Shown here piece after piece: positions 38,892-46,889 of a stretch of 64,000 bases of DNA. Numbering within the stretch: position 1 is the stretch's first letter; each line of letters starts with the position of its first letter. The stretch is taken from NCBI GenBank assembly GCA_963830915.1, contig CAWHOE010000006.1, positions 128,001-192,000 of the forward strand, given 5' to 3'. The position numbers were made by a program, and so were the translations under genes. The notes beneath the pieces were generated by a model. It saw only the letters and a program-made list of their open reading frames with translations. It was not told the DNA's origin and ran no database searches. Origin of the DNA: a candidate division FCPU426 bacterium. GTDB taxonomy: Bacteria > Oederibacteriota > Muellerivitia > Muellerivitales > Muellerivitaceae.

Positions 38892-40763
38892 TTAATCCAC
38901 ATTAATCCCATATTTCCTTATTTTTTGATAGAGGGTTGGACGGCTGATCCCCAGACGAGTGGCTGCTTTCTTCTTATTGAACCTCGCTTCGAGCAAAACT
39001 CGGTTGATCATCTCCCTTTCCATCGATTCCAACACTCCCGATCCAGGCAGGATTTCCTGGGTGAATGCCTCGGCCGACCCGGTCATTTCAGCCGGCAGGT
39101 GTTCCGGCTCGATCAGGACGCCGTCGTTCAATGTGACGATACGTTCGATCACATTCTCCAGTTCCCGGACATTGCCCGGCCAGGCATAAGCGGACATGAT
39201 CTCCAAAGCCTTGCCCGATATACCCTCGAAATTGGTCGTCTTCTTGGCCTTCATTCGGGTTAGGAAATAACGGACCAGGAGCGGCAAGTCTCCCTTTCTT
39301 TCCCTCAAAGGCGGCATTTCGATGACGATGACGTTCAGACGGTAAAAAAGATCCTCCCGGAACTTCCCTTCCTGGATGGCTTTCTTCAGGTCTCGGTTGG
39401 TGGCGGCAATGACCCTGATATCCACCTTCACCGACTCCGTTCCTCCCACCCTTTCGAATTCCCTTTCCTGAAGAACACGCAAGAGCTTGACCTGGGTCGA
39501 AAGGGAAATATCCCCGATCTCATCCAAGAACATGGTCCCTTGGTCGGCGGCCTCGAATTTACCGATCTTCTGCCCGACCGCGCCGGTAAAGGATCCCTTT
39601 TCATGCCCGAACAACTCGCTTTCAAGCAAGGACTCGCTCAAGGCCGAGCAGGCCACCGGCACAAAGGACTTATCGTGACGGCTGGATTGTTGATGGACCG
39701 CCCGGGCCACCAATTCCTTGCCTGTTCCGTTCTCACCCAACACCAATACCGTCGCATCGCTGGTCGCGGCCCTTTTGATCAGTTCCTGTATCCTCAGCAT
39801 GGGCTGGCTGTTCCCGATGAGACTGCTTTCCTCTTGGGGCCGGCCTTTTTCCGCGGCGGCCACCGAGACCATGGACTTGGAAATGGAAAATAAGATGGAA
39901 GCGGCGTTCTTGGAGGACTTCACGAATTCCTCGTAGTCCTGTTTCATCCGACCCGTCAACCCTTCCTGATAATAGACCTGCCCCAGGTTGTAGATCGCGT
40001 TCACATGGTCCGGGTCTTTCTTGAGGACGCTTTTGAACTCGTCAATGGCCTGTTCCATGTTTCCTTTTTTGAAATAGCAGACACCCAGGTCGTTCTGCAG
40101 GGTCAGCCTTTCCTCGCCCTCCGGCAGGACCTTGAGTGCCTTCCGGTAGACCTTGATGGCCTCGTCGAACTGCTCCAGGGCCATCAAGCAATCCCCCAAG
40201 CTTCCCAAGGCCAGGATATTCTTGGGCCTCATCGCGGTCACCATGCGGTATTGCTCCAGGGCTTTTTCTAGTTCGCCCCTTTCCTTGAAAAGGTTCCCCA
40301 AATTCAACCGACATTGGAAGGTCAGGCTCTCGGCTGTATGAAAGAGACCCAGATAATAGCTCCCAGGGGTCAGGGGGTGGACTTGATGGAGCGTTTCCAA
40401 GAACGAGAACATCGCGTCGTTCACGTGGCCCCGCTGCATGTGGATGAGTCCCATATTGAAATGCACATCCAGCAGATTCTTGTGGATCTGCAGGGCCTTT
40501 TCATAATATTCCAGGGCCAGATTGAAATCTTGAAGATGGAAAGCGGCATGCCCTACATCCCGAAGGGCGAAAGCGCTGAAAGGTTGCTTCTTGGACATAG
40601 ACTTGAACAATTGTAGAGCGCGGTCATATTCCCCCTGCTCGAAGGCTTCCATGCCCTCCTCGGTCGAGCGTTCGATCCCCTCGTGGGTGGCGCCGCAAAC
40701 GGGGCAAAAACGGTGTTCTGGTTCCAGTGGTTGTCCGCATTCCCGGCAAATGGCGGTGCTCAT
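38892..40763 (-). CDS. Sigma54 enhancer-binding protein with N-terminal zinc ribbon and TPR array
   Basis: CRECG...CPVCG, multiple TPRs, [28 protein letters not shown] and a Fis HTH; no receiver domain. Confidence 0.92.
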   Translation of the reverse strand: MSTAICRECGQPLEPEHRFCPVCGATHEGIERSTEEGMEAFEQGEYDRALQLFKSMSKKQPFSAFALRDVGHAAFHLQDFNLALEYYEKALQIHKNLLDVHFNMGLIHMQRGHVNDAMFSFLETLHQVHPLTPGSYYLGLFHTAESLTFQCRLNLGNLFKERGELEKALEQYRMVTAMRPKNILALGSLGDCLMALEQFDEAIKVYRKALKVLPEGEERLTLQNDLGVCYFKKGNMEQAIDEFKSVLKKDPDHVNAIYNLGQVYYQEGLTGRMKQDYEEFVKSSKNAASILFSISKSMVSVAAAEKGRPQEESSLIGNSQPMLRIQELIKRAATSDATVLVLGENGTGKELVARAVHQQSSRHDKSFVPVACSALSESLLESELFGHEKGSFTGAVGQKIGKFEAADQGTMFLDEIGDISLSTQVKLLRVLQEREFERVGGTESVKVDIRVIAATNRDLKKAIQEGKFREDLFYRLNVIVIEMPPLRERKGDLPLLVRYFLTRMKAKKTTNFEGISGKALEIMSAYAWPGNVRELENVIERIVTLNDGVLIEPEHLPAEMTGSAEAFTQEILPGSGVLESMEREMINRVLLEARFNKKKAATRLGISRPTLYQKIRKYGINVD

Positions 40764-41143
40764 GACTTGCCGCCCTTAGATTTGGAAGAGGACGGAGGTA
40801 GGACCCCTGGCTTTTTGGGGGAAAGTTTACGGATCTGGAGGGTCGCCAATTTGCTGGCCTGGGGAAGGTCGGCGTATCTCTTTTCGAGTTTCTGATACCA
40901 TTTGAGGGCTTCCTTCTGGTTTCCTGCCTTTTCTAGTTTGTAACCCTTGCGGAACTCCTTCTCGAACTCGATGAAACGTTCCTGGTCCACGCGCGACAAA
41001 CGAGTTGTCCAAAGATGGGCGAATTCGGTCAAGGCGGCCATGGACATCAAATAGATGAAGTAAGGGGGAAAAATAAAGGTCGAAAGAAGGGCCACAATCG
41101 TCAGCCCACCCCAATCCTCTTTTTTAAGCATGGTTTTCTGCAA
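40760..41143 (-). CDS. Small membrane protein with a TPR-like C-terminal segment
   Basis: TTG start after GGGGAG; hydrophobic N-terminal half; stop overlaps the activator start (ATGA). Confidence 0.65.
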   Translation of the reverse strand: MQKTMLKKEDWGGLTIVALLSTFIFPPYFIYLMSMAALTEFAHLWTTRLSRVDQERFIEFEKEFRKGYKLEKAGNQKEALKWYQKLEKRYADLPQASKLATLQIRKLSPKKPGVLPPSSSKSKGGKS

Positions 41144-41303
41144 TGGAAACTCCCCCGCCTGAGCCGAACGATCTGGCAGTTGAATGGATGGCGTAAAGAA
41201 ATTTAGTAGTGGGTCAGTTTGGCCCTGTGTAAGTTTAGTTTACACCTTCCAAACCAACCTTTTATTAAATTTTAAAGGGACAAAGTAATGAAAATATTAA
41301 CAG

Positions 41304-41334
41304 CCTTGACCGCTCAAGCATCAAGTAGTATAAA
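41304..41334 (+). promoter_or_regulatory. Sigma70-type promoter with palindromic operator, copy 1
   Basis: TTGACC-17 bp-TATAAA, with ATG (41341) 6 nt after the -10 box; palindrome CTTGA-CCGC-TCAAG. Confidence 0.65.
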
Positions 41335-41340
41335 TGATGT

Positions 41341-41572
41341 ATGCGAAAACAATCAAAAGACGAAAATACAACAGCTTTTAATATCGTTCAAAAGGCGACA
41401 GGAGAACCCATGCAACCACCGTCCAAAGAAGAACATTAGCCGAATTATGGCCCACATGGGCCGTAAGGGAGGGCTAAAAGGTGGAAAAGCCCGTGCGCAA
41501 TCCCTATCGGCATCAGATCGTAAATCCATTGCCCAAAAGGCCGCAAAAGCTCGTTGGCAGAAAAAAGGATAA
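41341..41572 (+). pseudogene. Small basic KGG-motif protein split by a +1 frameshift near 41434
   Basis: MRKQSKDENTTAFNIVQKATGEPMQPPSKEE(H*) continues in the +1 frame as ISRIMAHMGRKGGLKGGKARAQSLS...KAAKARW. Confidence 0.55.
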
Positions 41573-41576
41573 CCTC

Positions 41577-42455
41577 GTGACAATTTGCGCTAGTGCGTTT
41601 ATTAAAATTGGCGAGGATATAAATATTACTTCCGTATGTGATAAAGAATTAACAACCCCATTTTTAAGATTAGAGGCTCGTGTAAAAAAATATGATCTAT
41701 TGGCAAAAAATTTGATCTGTTTATTTTCTAGCGAGGATATGAGTTTTATTTATGAGATAAACCGCGAAGTGAAAAAAGAAATTGATAATGAAATGAGGAT
41801 TTTACAAACCGAAGAAGTTGAAATAAAGAAATCGGCTAATATTTTCATTAAAAAATATAACGAATTGCTCAACAAAAGAATCGAACAACAAATATTTGGG
41901 TGGCGGAATTTGTCTTGGAACGAATATATTAGTGGAAGCAAACCGCTATCTGATACTCAAAAGAAAAAAATAGAAACAGAAATTGATGATTTAAAATTTA
42001 GACTTTCGGTTTCCGCCATTTTTTCTGGTGTGGAAAACAAGAAAACCCCCCAAATATTTATGGTTTCTAATAACAATTTGGAAGATTGCACCCCATATGG
42101 ATATGCGGCCATCGGTTCGGGTGCTGATCTAGCCACCCTTCAATTTGAAGCTTTTGATTTTTCGCCCACAAAAGCCAAATTTTTTGAAATGCCGATTCTT
42201 ATGTACTTTGCAAAAAAAAGAGCAGAAAAAGCCCATGGAGTTGGAGAAGGAACCGATTTAATTCATTTGTGGACATTTGAAGGTAAATTAAACACGGTTG
42301 AAGTCGTAGATGGAGTTAAAGAAAAAATGGATAAATTTTTTGTTGAATTGAAAAACGCAGAATCAAAAAGCATCACTGATCTTTCCATGACTTTTGCAAG
42401 CGAGCTTATGGGACCCGAATTCCTAAAAAACTATACACAGAATAATACACAATAA
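41577..42455 (+). CDS. Proteasome beta-subunit-like / Ntn-hydrolase passenger protein (292 aa)
   Basis: GTG start after AAAGGA gives M-TICASA; CDKELT, VKK, YAAIGSG and HGVG motifs occur in proteasome-fold order. Confidence 0.62.
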   Translation: MTICASAFIKIGEDINITSVCDKELTTPFLRLEARVKKYDLLAKNLICLFSSEDMSFIYEINREVKKEIDNEMRILQTEEVEIKKSANIFIKKYNELLNKRIEQQIFGWRNLSWNEYISGSKPLSDTQKKKIETEIDDLKFRLSVSAIFSGVENKKTPQIFMVSNNNLEDCTPYGYAAIGSGADLATLQFEAFDFSPTKAKFFEMPILMYFAKKRAEKAHGVGEGTDLIHLWTFEGKLNTVEVVDGVKEKMDKFFVELKNAESKSITDLSMTFASELMGPEFLKNYTQNNTQ

Positions 42456-42459
42456 TTTT

Positions 42460-42490
42460 CCTTGACCGCTCAAGCATAACCTGCTATAGT
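42460..42490 (+). promoter_or_regulatory. Sigma70-type promoter with palindromic operator, copy 2 (transposase)
   Basis: TTGACC-17 bp-TATAGT, with ATG (42497) 6 nt after the -10 box; same 18-mer CCTTGACCGCTCAAGCAT as at 41304. Confidence 0.7.
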
Positions 42491-42496
42491 TACTTC

Positions 42497-43351
42497 ATGA
42501 ACAAGTTATCCCCGCAAGAACAAGCACAAGTCATCAACTGCCTAGTGGAAGGTAATTCCATTCGGTCAACAGTGCGAATGACTGGTGTGGCAAAGAACAC
42601 CATTCAAAAACTTCTTTTAAGTGTCGGTGGGGCTTGCGAGACATTTCAAAGGGAAAGTATTAAGGGCGTAAATTCTACACGAGTTCAATGTGATGAGATT
42701 TGGGCCTTCTGTTATGCCAAAGAAAAGAACGTGCCGAAAGAGTGTAAAGGACTTCCTGGATTTGGCGATACTTGGACATTTACCGCTATAGATCAAGATA
42801 ACAAAATGTGCCTCACTTGGTTTGTCGGTGATCGGACAGCCGCAAGTTGTTTAACATTTTTAAGGGATTTAAAAACTAGGATCAACGGTCACATACAATT
42901 AACCACTGATGCTTTCAAGGGATACAAAGTTACCGTTAATCAAGTGTTCACCAACGAAGAAATAGATTACGCAATGTTGAAAAAGATTTATGGAACACCT
43001 TGGTATAATCCAAGTCCGAACCGCAAATACTCCCCCGGTGTTTGCACCGGTGTTTATAAGACCCCAATGAAGGGCAACCCGAAGAATGAAGATATTTGCA
43101 CTTCACACGTTGAAAGAGCTAACTTGACGATGAGGATGAAAATGAGAAGATTCACACGACTCACAAACGCTTTTAGTAAGAAACTAGCCAATATGAAAGC
43201 GGCTATAGCCTTACACTTTATGCACTACAACTATTGCCGAATTCATCAAACGCTTAAAGTAACGCCAGCAATGGCGGCAGGATTAACTAATCGGGCTTGG
43301 AGTATTGAGGATGTTTTGGGTTTATTGCAGGAAAAAATAAAAGCGGCCTAA
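42497..43351 (+). CDS. IS1-family DDE transposase
   Basis: N-terminal HTH (LVEGNSIRSTVRMTGVAKNT); VQCDEIWAF, LTTDAF, TSHVERANLTMR and RRFTRLTNAFSKK motifs. Confidence 0.9.
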   Translation: MNKLSPQEQAQVINCLVEGNSIRSTVRMTGVAKNTIQKLLLSVGGACETFQRESIKGVNSTRVQCDEIWAFCYAKEKNVPKECKGLPGFGDTWTFTAIDQDNKMCLTWFVGDRTAASCLTFLRDLKTRINGHIQLTTDAFKGYKVTVNQVFTNEEIDYAMLKKIYGTPWYNPSPNRKYSPGVCTGVYKTPMKGNPKNEDICTSHVERANLTMRMKMRRFTRLTNAFSKKLANMKAAIALHFMHYNYCRIHQTLKVTPAMAAGLTNRAWSIEDVLGLLQEKIKAA

Positions 43352-43370
43352 AAGAAAAACAACTTGGTTA

Positions 43371-43625
43371 TTATAACGAAGAGGTTTTAAAGAGTCTAGA
43401 AAAAAAGTGTACAAAGGTATTCCAATGGTTTTCGGACCCTGGAATTTTTATTGCTTTAACGAGTTCTCCATCAAATTGAGCACCCTGCATACTTAGTAAT
43501 TGTTGATGGGCCTCCTCAATATTCTTCCCTTTAATTTTTAATTCAAATTTTTGCCCACCAAATTGATATGAAAACAAATAAATTTTATAATCATTGGTAT
43601 CTTTAACAGGAAGGGGGTGATTCAT
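43371..43625 (-). CDS. Hypothetical small protein (IS passenger)
   Basis: 84-aa ORF in AT-rich DNA with a globular-looking pattern (YLFSYQFGG...FDGELV). Confidence 0.5.
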   Translation of the reverse strand: MNHPLPVKDTNDYKIYLFSYQFGGQKFELKIKGKNIEEAHQQLLSMQGAQFDGELVKAIKIPGSENHWNTFVHFFSRLFKTSSL

Positions 43626-43626
43626 T

Positions 43627-43812
43627 ATGTACTTTCAGATCTATGTAGATCGTGCGGGTCGTTGGAGGTGGAGATTAATTTCTCCTGGAACTACTCTAAC
43701 GGCTTCTCGCATCATCGCTGAATCGAATGAAGGTTTTCTCTATCAGCAAAGCTGTTTAGATGAAATCGGTTTAGTGAAGCAATCATGGAATGCTTCTGTT
43801 TATCAAGTTTAA
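43627..43812 (+). CDS. YegP / DUF1508 family protein (IS passenger)
   Basis: MYFQIYVDRAGRWRWRL...IIAESNEGF...CLDEIGLVK; GGGGGTG RBS. Confidence 0.8.
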   Translation: MYFQIYVDRAGRWRWRLISPGTTLTASRIIAESNEGFLYQQSCLDEIGLVKQSWNASVYQV

Positions 43813-44067
43813 ACGGAAGTAAGCCATGAAGCGGAACCTACAGGGTGTTTTTGCACCCTGTAGGATTCTAACAAAGGTGCAACACTTACTCTCACACCTT
43901 CATTTTAAGACGAAATACTTATACCACACATTTCAGCAGGAAAAACTACCACGATCCCAAAAATGATTATTAGATAAAGATTTTAGATGTATTTTTTTAG
44001 GTTGACAGGCTATCAATTTGAAACTGACCCATTACCAGAAATTTTACACCTGCCAGGCTCTTTGAAC

Positions 44068-44104
44068 AAAAAAAAAGGCCCCAGCGTTGCCGCCGGAGCC
44101 TTTT
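44068..44104 (-). terminator. Intrinsic terminator after pnp
   Basis: Minus strand GGCTCCGG...CTGGGGCC followed by T10. Confidence 0.75.
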
Positions 44105-44116
44105 CCTCGGTTAAAC

Positions 44117-46228
44117 CTACTTGTTCTTGTAATCCTCGATCTTCAACCCCAGCGCTTCCTTCCGGGAAAGCTTGATCTTCTTGGTCTTGGGATCGATCCC
44201 GATGCACTTCACCAGGAGCTCGTCGCCCTCTTTCAGGACGTCTTCCACCCGTTCCACCCGTCCTTTATCCAGCTGGGAGATATGGACCAATCCGTCGGTG
44301 CCAGGCAGGATCTCGACGAAAGCGCCGAAATCCATGATCTTTTTCACGGTACCAAAATAGATCTTGCCCTCTTCCGCCTCGGCCATCAAACCGCCGATGA
44401 ACTTCTGGGCATTCTCGATGTCCGTCCCGTTCGCCGAGGAGATGTGGACGCTCCCGTCATCCTCCACGCTCACTTCCACGTGGTAGTCATCCTGGATCTT
44501 CTTGATGGTGGACCCGCCCTTCCCGATGACCTCTCGGATCTTATCCACCGGCACCTTCATGGTGACGATGCGGGGGGCGTAAGGCGACATCTTCTCCCGG
44601 GGCTGGGATAATGTCTTGTCCATGATGTCCAGGATGGTCAACCGGCCTTGCTTGGCTTGGGCCAATCCCTTCTCAACGACCTCGAAAGGCAGGCCGAAGA
44701 TCTTGATGTCCATCTGGATGGCCGTGATGCCCTTGCGGGTTCCCGCGACCTTGAAATCCATGTCCCCAAAATGATCTTCCAGACCTTGGATGTCCGTCAG
44801 GATGGCGTATTTGGAGACGTCCTCGTTGGAGACGAGGCCGAGGGCCACGCCCGCGCAAGGGCTCTTCAAAGGCACACCCGCGTCCATCAGGGACAAGGCG
44901 CCTCCGCAAACCGAGGCCATGGAGGATGATCCGTTGGATTCCAGGATGTCCGAGGTCACCTGGACCGTGTAAGGGAAATCATCGTGGGAAGGCAGCAAGG
45001 GCTCCAAGGCCCTTTCGGCCAGGGCGCCATGCCCGATCTCCCGTCGGCCAGGGCCGCTCAAGCGTTTGATCTCGCCCACCGAATAAGGCGGGAAGTTGTA
45101 ATGCAGCATGAACCTCTTCTTCTGCTCCCCTTCTAGTTCCTCGAGGATCTGTTGATCGTCCTTGGTCCCCAAAGTCGTGACCACCAGGGCCTGGGTCTGA
45201 CCGCGAGTGAAGAGCGCAGACCCATGGGTCCGGGGCAACACGCCCACTTCGCAGGCGATGGGTCGGAACTCGTCGAACTTACGGCCGTCCTGGCGTTCGT
45301 GGCGGTCCAGGATGGCTTCGCGCACCAGGTCCGACTCGATGGAATGCATGATGCCGTGGATGTCTTTTTCTTTTTCCGGGTACTTGGCTTTCAGGGTCTC
45401 GACTGCGTCCTTGCCGACTTGGGCGATCTTCTCCTGACGATTGAGTTTGTCCTTCTCAGCCATGGCTTCCTTCATCTTGGGAAGTGCGAACGCCTTCACG
45501 TCGGCGACCAGCGCCTCGTCAGGCTTCACCAGGGTGAGGGTGCGCTTGGGTTTGCCCGCCTTCTTCACCAACTGCTCTTGCAGGTCGATGATCTTCTGGC
45601 ATTCCTTGTGGGCCAGCTTGATGGCCTCGAAGATGACCGATTCGGACTCTTCTTTCGCCCCGCCCTCGACCATGACCACCGCCTTGCGGCTAGCGGCCAC
45701 GACCAGGTCCAGGGTGCTGGTCTCCATCTGCTTGAACGTGGGATTGACGACCAGGTCGCCGTTGATCCGGCCGACTCTCACGCAGCCGAACATATCCGCC
45801 ACCGGGATATCGGAGACCGCCAAGGCCGCCGAAGCGGCCGAAACCGCCAGGACGTCCGAATCATTCTCCTGATCGGAGGAAATGACGGTGATCATCATCT
45901 GGACCTCATTGGTGAAACCATCGGGGAATAGGGGACGGATGGGACGGTCGATTAGACGGGAAGTCAGGGTTTCCTTGGTGCGGGGACGGCCCTCGCGCTT
46001 GAACCAGCCTCCCGGGATACGGCCCGCGGAGGAAGACCTCTCGCGGTACTCAACGGTAAGTGGGAAAAAATCCTTTCCCGGCATGGGGTCCTTGGCGCCG
46101 ACCACGGCCGCTAATACCACGGTCTCTCCCAACTGGGCCAGGACCGCTCCATCCGCTTGTTTGGCCATACGGCCGGTTTCCAGCGAAAAAGTCGTTTGCG
46201 CCAAAGCGCAGCTTACTCGCTCTGTCAT
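44117..46228 (-). CDS. pnp: Polyribonucleotide nucleotidyltransferase (PNPase)
   Basis: ETGRMAKQADG, DFFPLTVEY, RTHGSALFTRG, ESNGSSSMAS and GDMDFKVAG motifs, plus KH and S1 domains. Confidence 0.97.
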   Translation of the reverse strand: MTERVSCALAQTTFSLETGRMAKQADGAVLAQLGETVVLAAVVGAKDPMPGKDFFPLTVEYRERSSSAGRIPGGWFKREGRPRTKETLTSRLIDRPIRPLFPDGFTNEVQMMITVISSDQENDSDVLAVSAASAALAVSDIPVADMFGCVRVGRINGDLVVNPTFKQMETSTLDLVVAASRKAVVMVEGGAKEESESVIFEAIKLAHKECQKIIDLQEQLVKKAGKPKRTLTLVKPDEALVADVKAFALPKMKEAMAEKDKLNRQEKIAQVGKDAVETLKAKYPEKEKDIHGIMHSIESDLVREAILDRHERQDGRKFDEFRPIACEVGVLPRTHGSALFTRGQTQALVVTTLGTKDDQQILEELEGEQKKRFMLHYNFPPYSVGEIKRLSGPGRREIGHGALAERALEPLLPSHDDFPYTVQVTSDILESNGSSSMASVCGGALSLMDAGVPLKSPCAGVALGLVSNEDVSKYAILTDIQGLEDHFGDMDFKVAGTRKGITAIQMDIKIFGLPFEVVEKGLAQAKQGRLTILDIMDKTLSQPREKMSPYAPRIVTMKVPVDKIREVIGKGGSTIKKIQDDYHVEVSVEDDGSVHISSANGTDIENAQKFIGGLMAEAEEGKIYFGTVKKIMDFGAFVEILPGTDGLVHISQLDKGRVERVEDVLKEGDELLVKCIGIDPKTKKIKLSRKEALGLKIEDYKNK

Positions 46229-46296
46229 GAAAAGCCTCCTCTGTGTATTTGGGTGAAAACTGCTCGTGCTTCCGAATAAATGCGCCTCCCGGAAAG

Positions 46297-46387
46297 ACCA
46301 CCCCAAAGACACAAAGGCACAAAGGAAAGGAAAATGGACGGCTGGGCCGGCATTTTAATTTTCTCTGTGGCTCCGTGTCTCCGCGGC
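46297..46387. repeat. Degenerate intergenic inverted repeat of 8-nt units
   Basis: CCCAAAGA CACAAAGG CACAAAGG ... CTCTGTGG CTCCGTGT CTCCGCGG; related to 22805-22884. Confidence 0.55.
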
Positions 46388-46421
46388 GGGATCCTCCAGG
46401 AAGGCGTGTTGTTTGACTAAA

Positions 46422-46688
46422 TTACTTGCGAAGTCCCAGGCGGTCGAGGAGCGCGGCATAGCGCTTCACGTCGGTTTTTTTCAAATAATCCAGGAGACGG
46501 CGCCTTTGGCCGACCAGTTTCAACAAGCCTCGGCGGGACGCGTGATCCTTGGGATGGGATTTGAAATGCTCGGTCAGGTACTTGATTCGCTCGGTCATCA
46601 GGGCGATCTGGACTTCCGGCGACCCGGTGTCCCCTTCTTTTTGTTTAAAGTCCTGAATCAGCTGGGTCTTCTTGTCTTTCGTCATCAT
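46422..46688 (-). CDS. rpsO: 30S ribosomal protein S15
   Basis: [33 protein letters not shown] and LGLRK motifs. Confidence 0.97.
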   Translation of the reverse strand: MMTKDKKTQLIQDFKQKEGDTGSPEVQIALMTERIKYLTEHFKSHPKDHASRRGLLKLVGQRRRLLDYLKKTDVKRYAALLDRLGLRK

Positions 46689-46889
46689 CTGGAATCCTCC
46701 ATGAACTTTTTTAGTGCCGGGCTCCCCTGATCTCCGAGCGGCCGTTAGAGGAACGGCCTCCAAGAGAAGGATCAAAGCCTTGCGTCGCTTGAAAACCCAA
46801 AGGACTTCCAAGCAAGGGGGGTATTTTAGGTAGTTTGAGGGGGGGTGTAAAGGGTTATTGCCGGGACGGATCAGGGGAAAACCCTGTGA

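Larger units (their letters stand above)
41205..44036 (+). mobile_element. IS1-family element carrying passenger genes (2832 bp)
   Basis: IRs AGTAGTGGGTCAGTTT (41205-41220) and AAACTGACCCATTACC (44021-44036), 14/16 match. Identical flanking 8-mer AGAAATTT at 41197-41204 and 44037-44044. AT-rich interior with a DDE transposase. Confidence 0.9.

Noticed and set aside
39575..39600. GSFTGA instead of GAFTGA as a sign of an inactive activator
   Set aside because: GSFTGA is a natural variant, the other AAA+ motifs are intact, and a sigma54 promoter is adjacent.
41288..41576. ORF-track starts at 41288 and 41481
   Set aside because: 41288 lies upstream of the predicted promoter and 41481 overlaps the KGG gene. 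Starts at 41341 and 41577 fit the promoter, RBS and motif evidence better.
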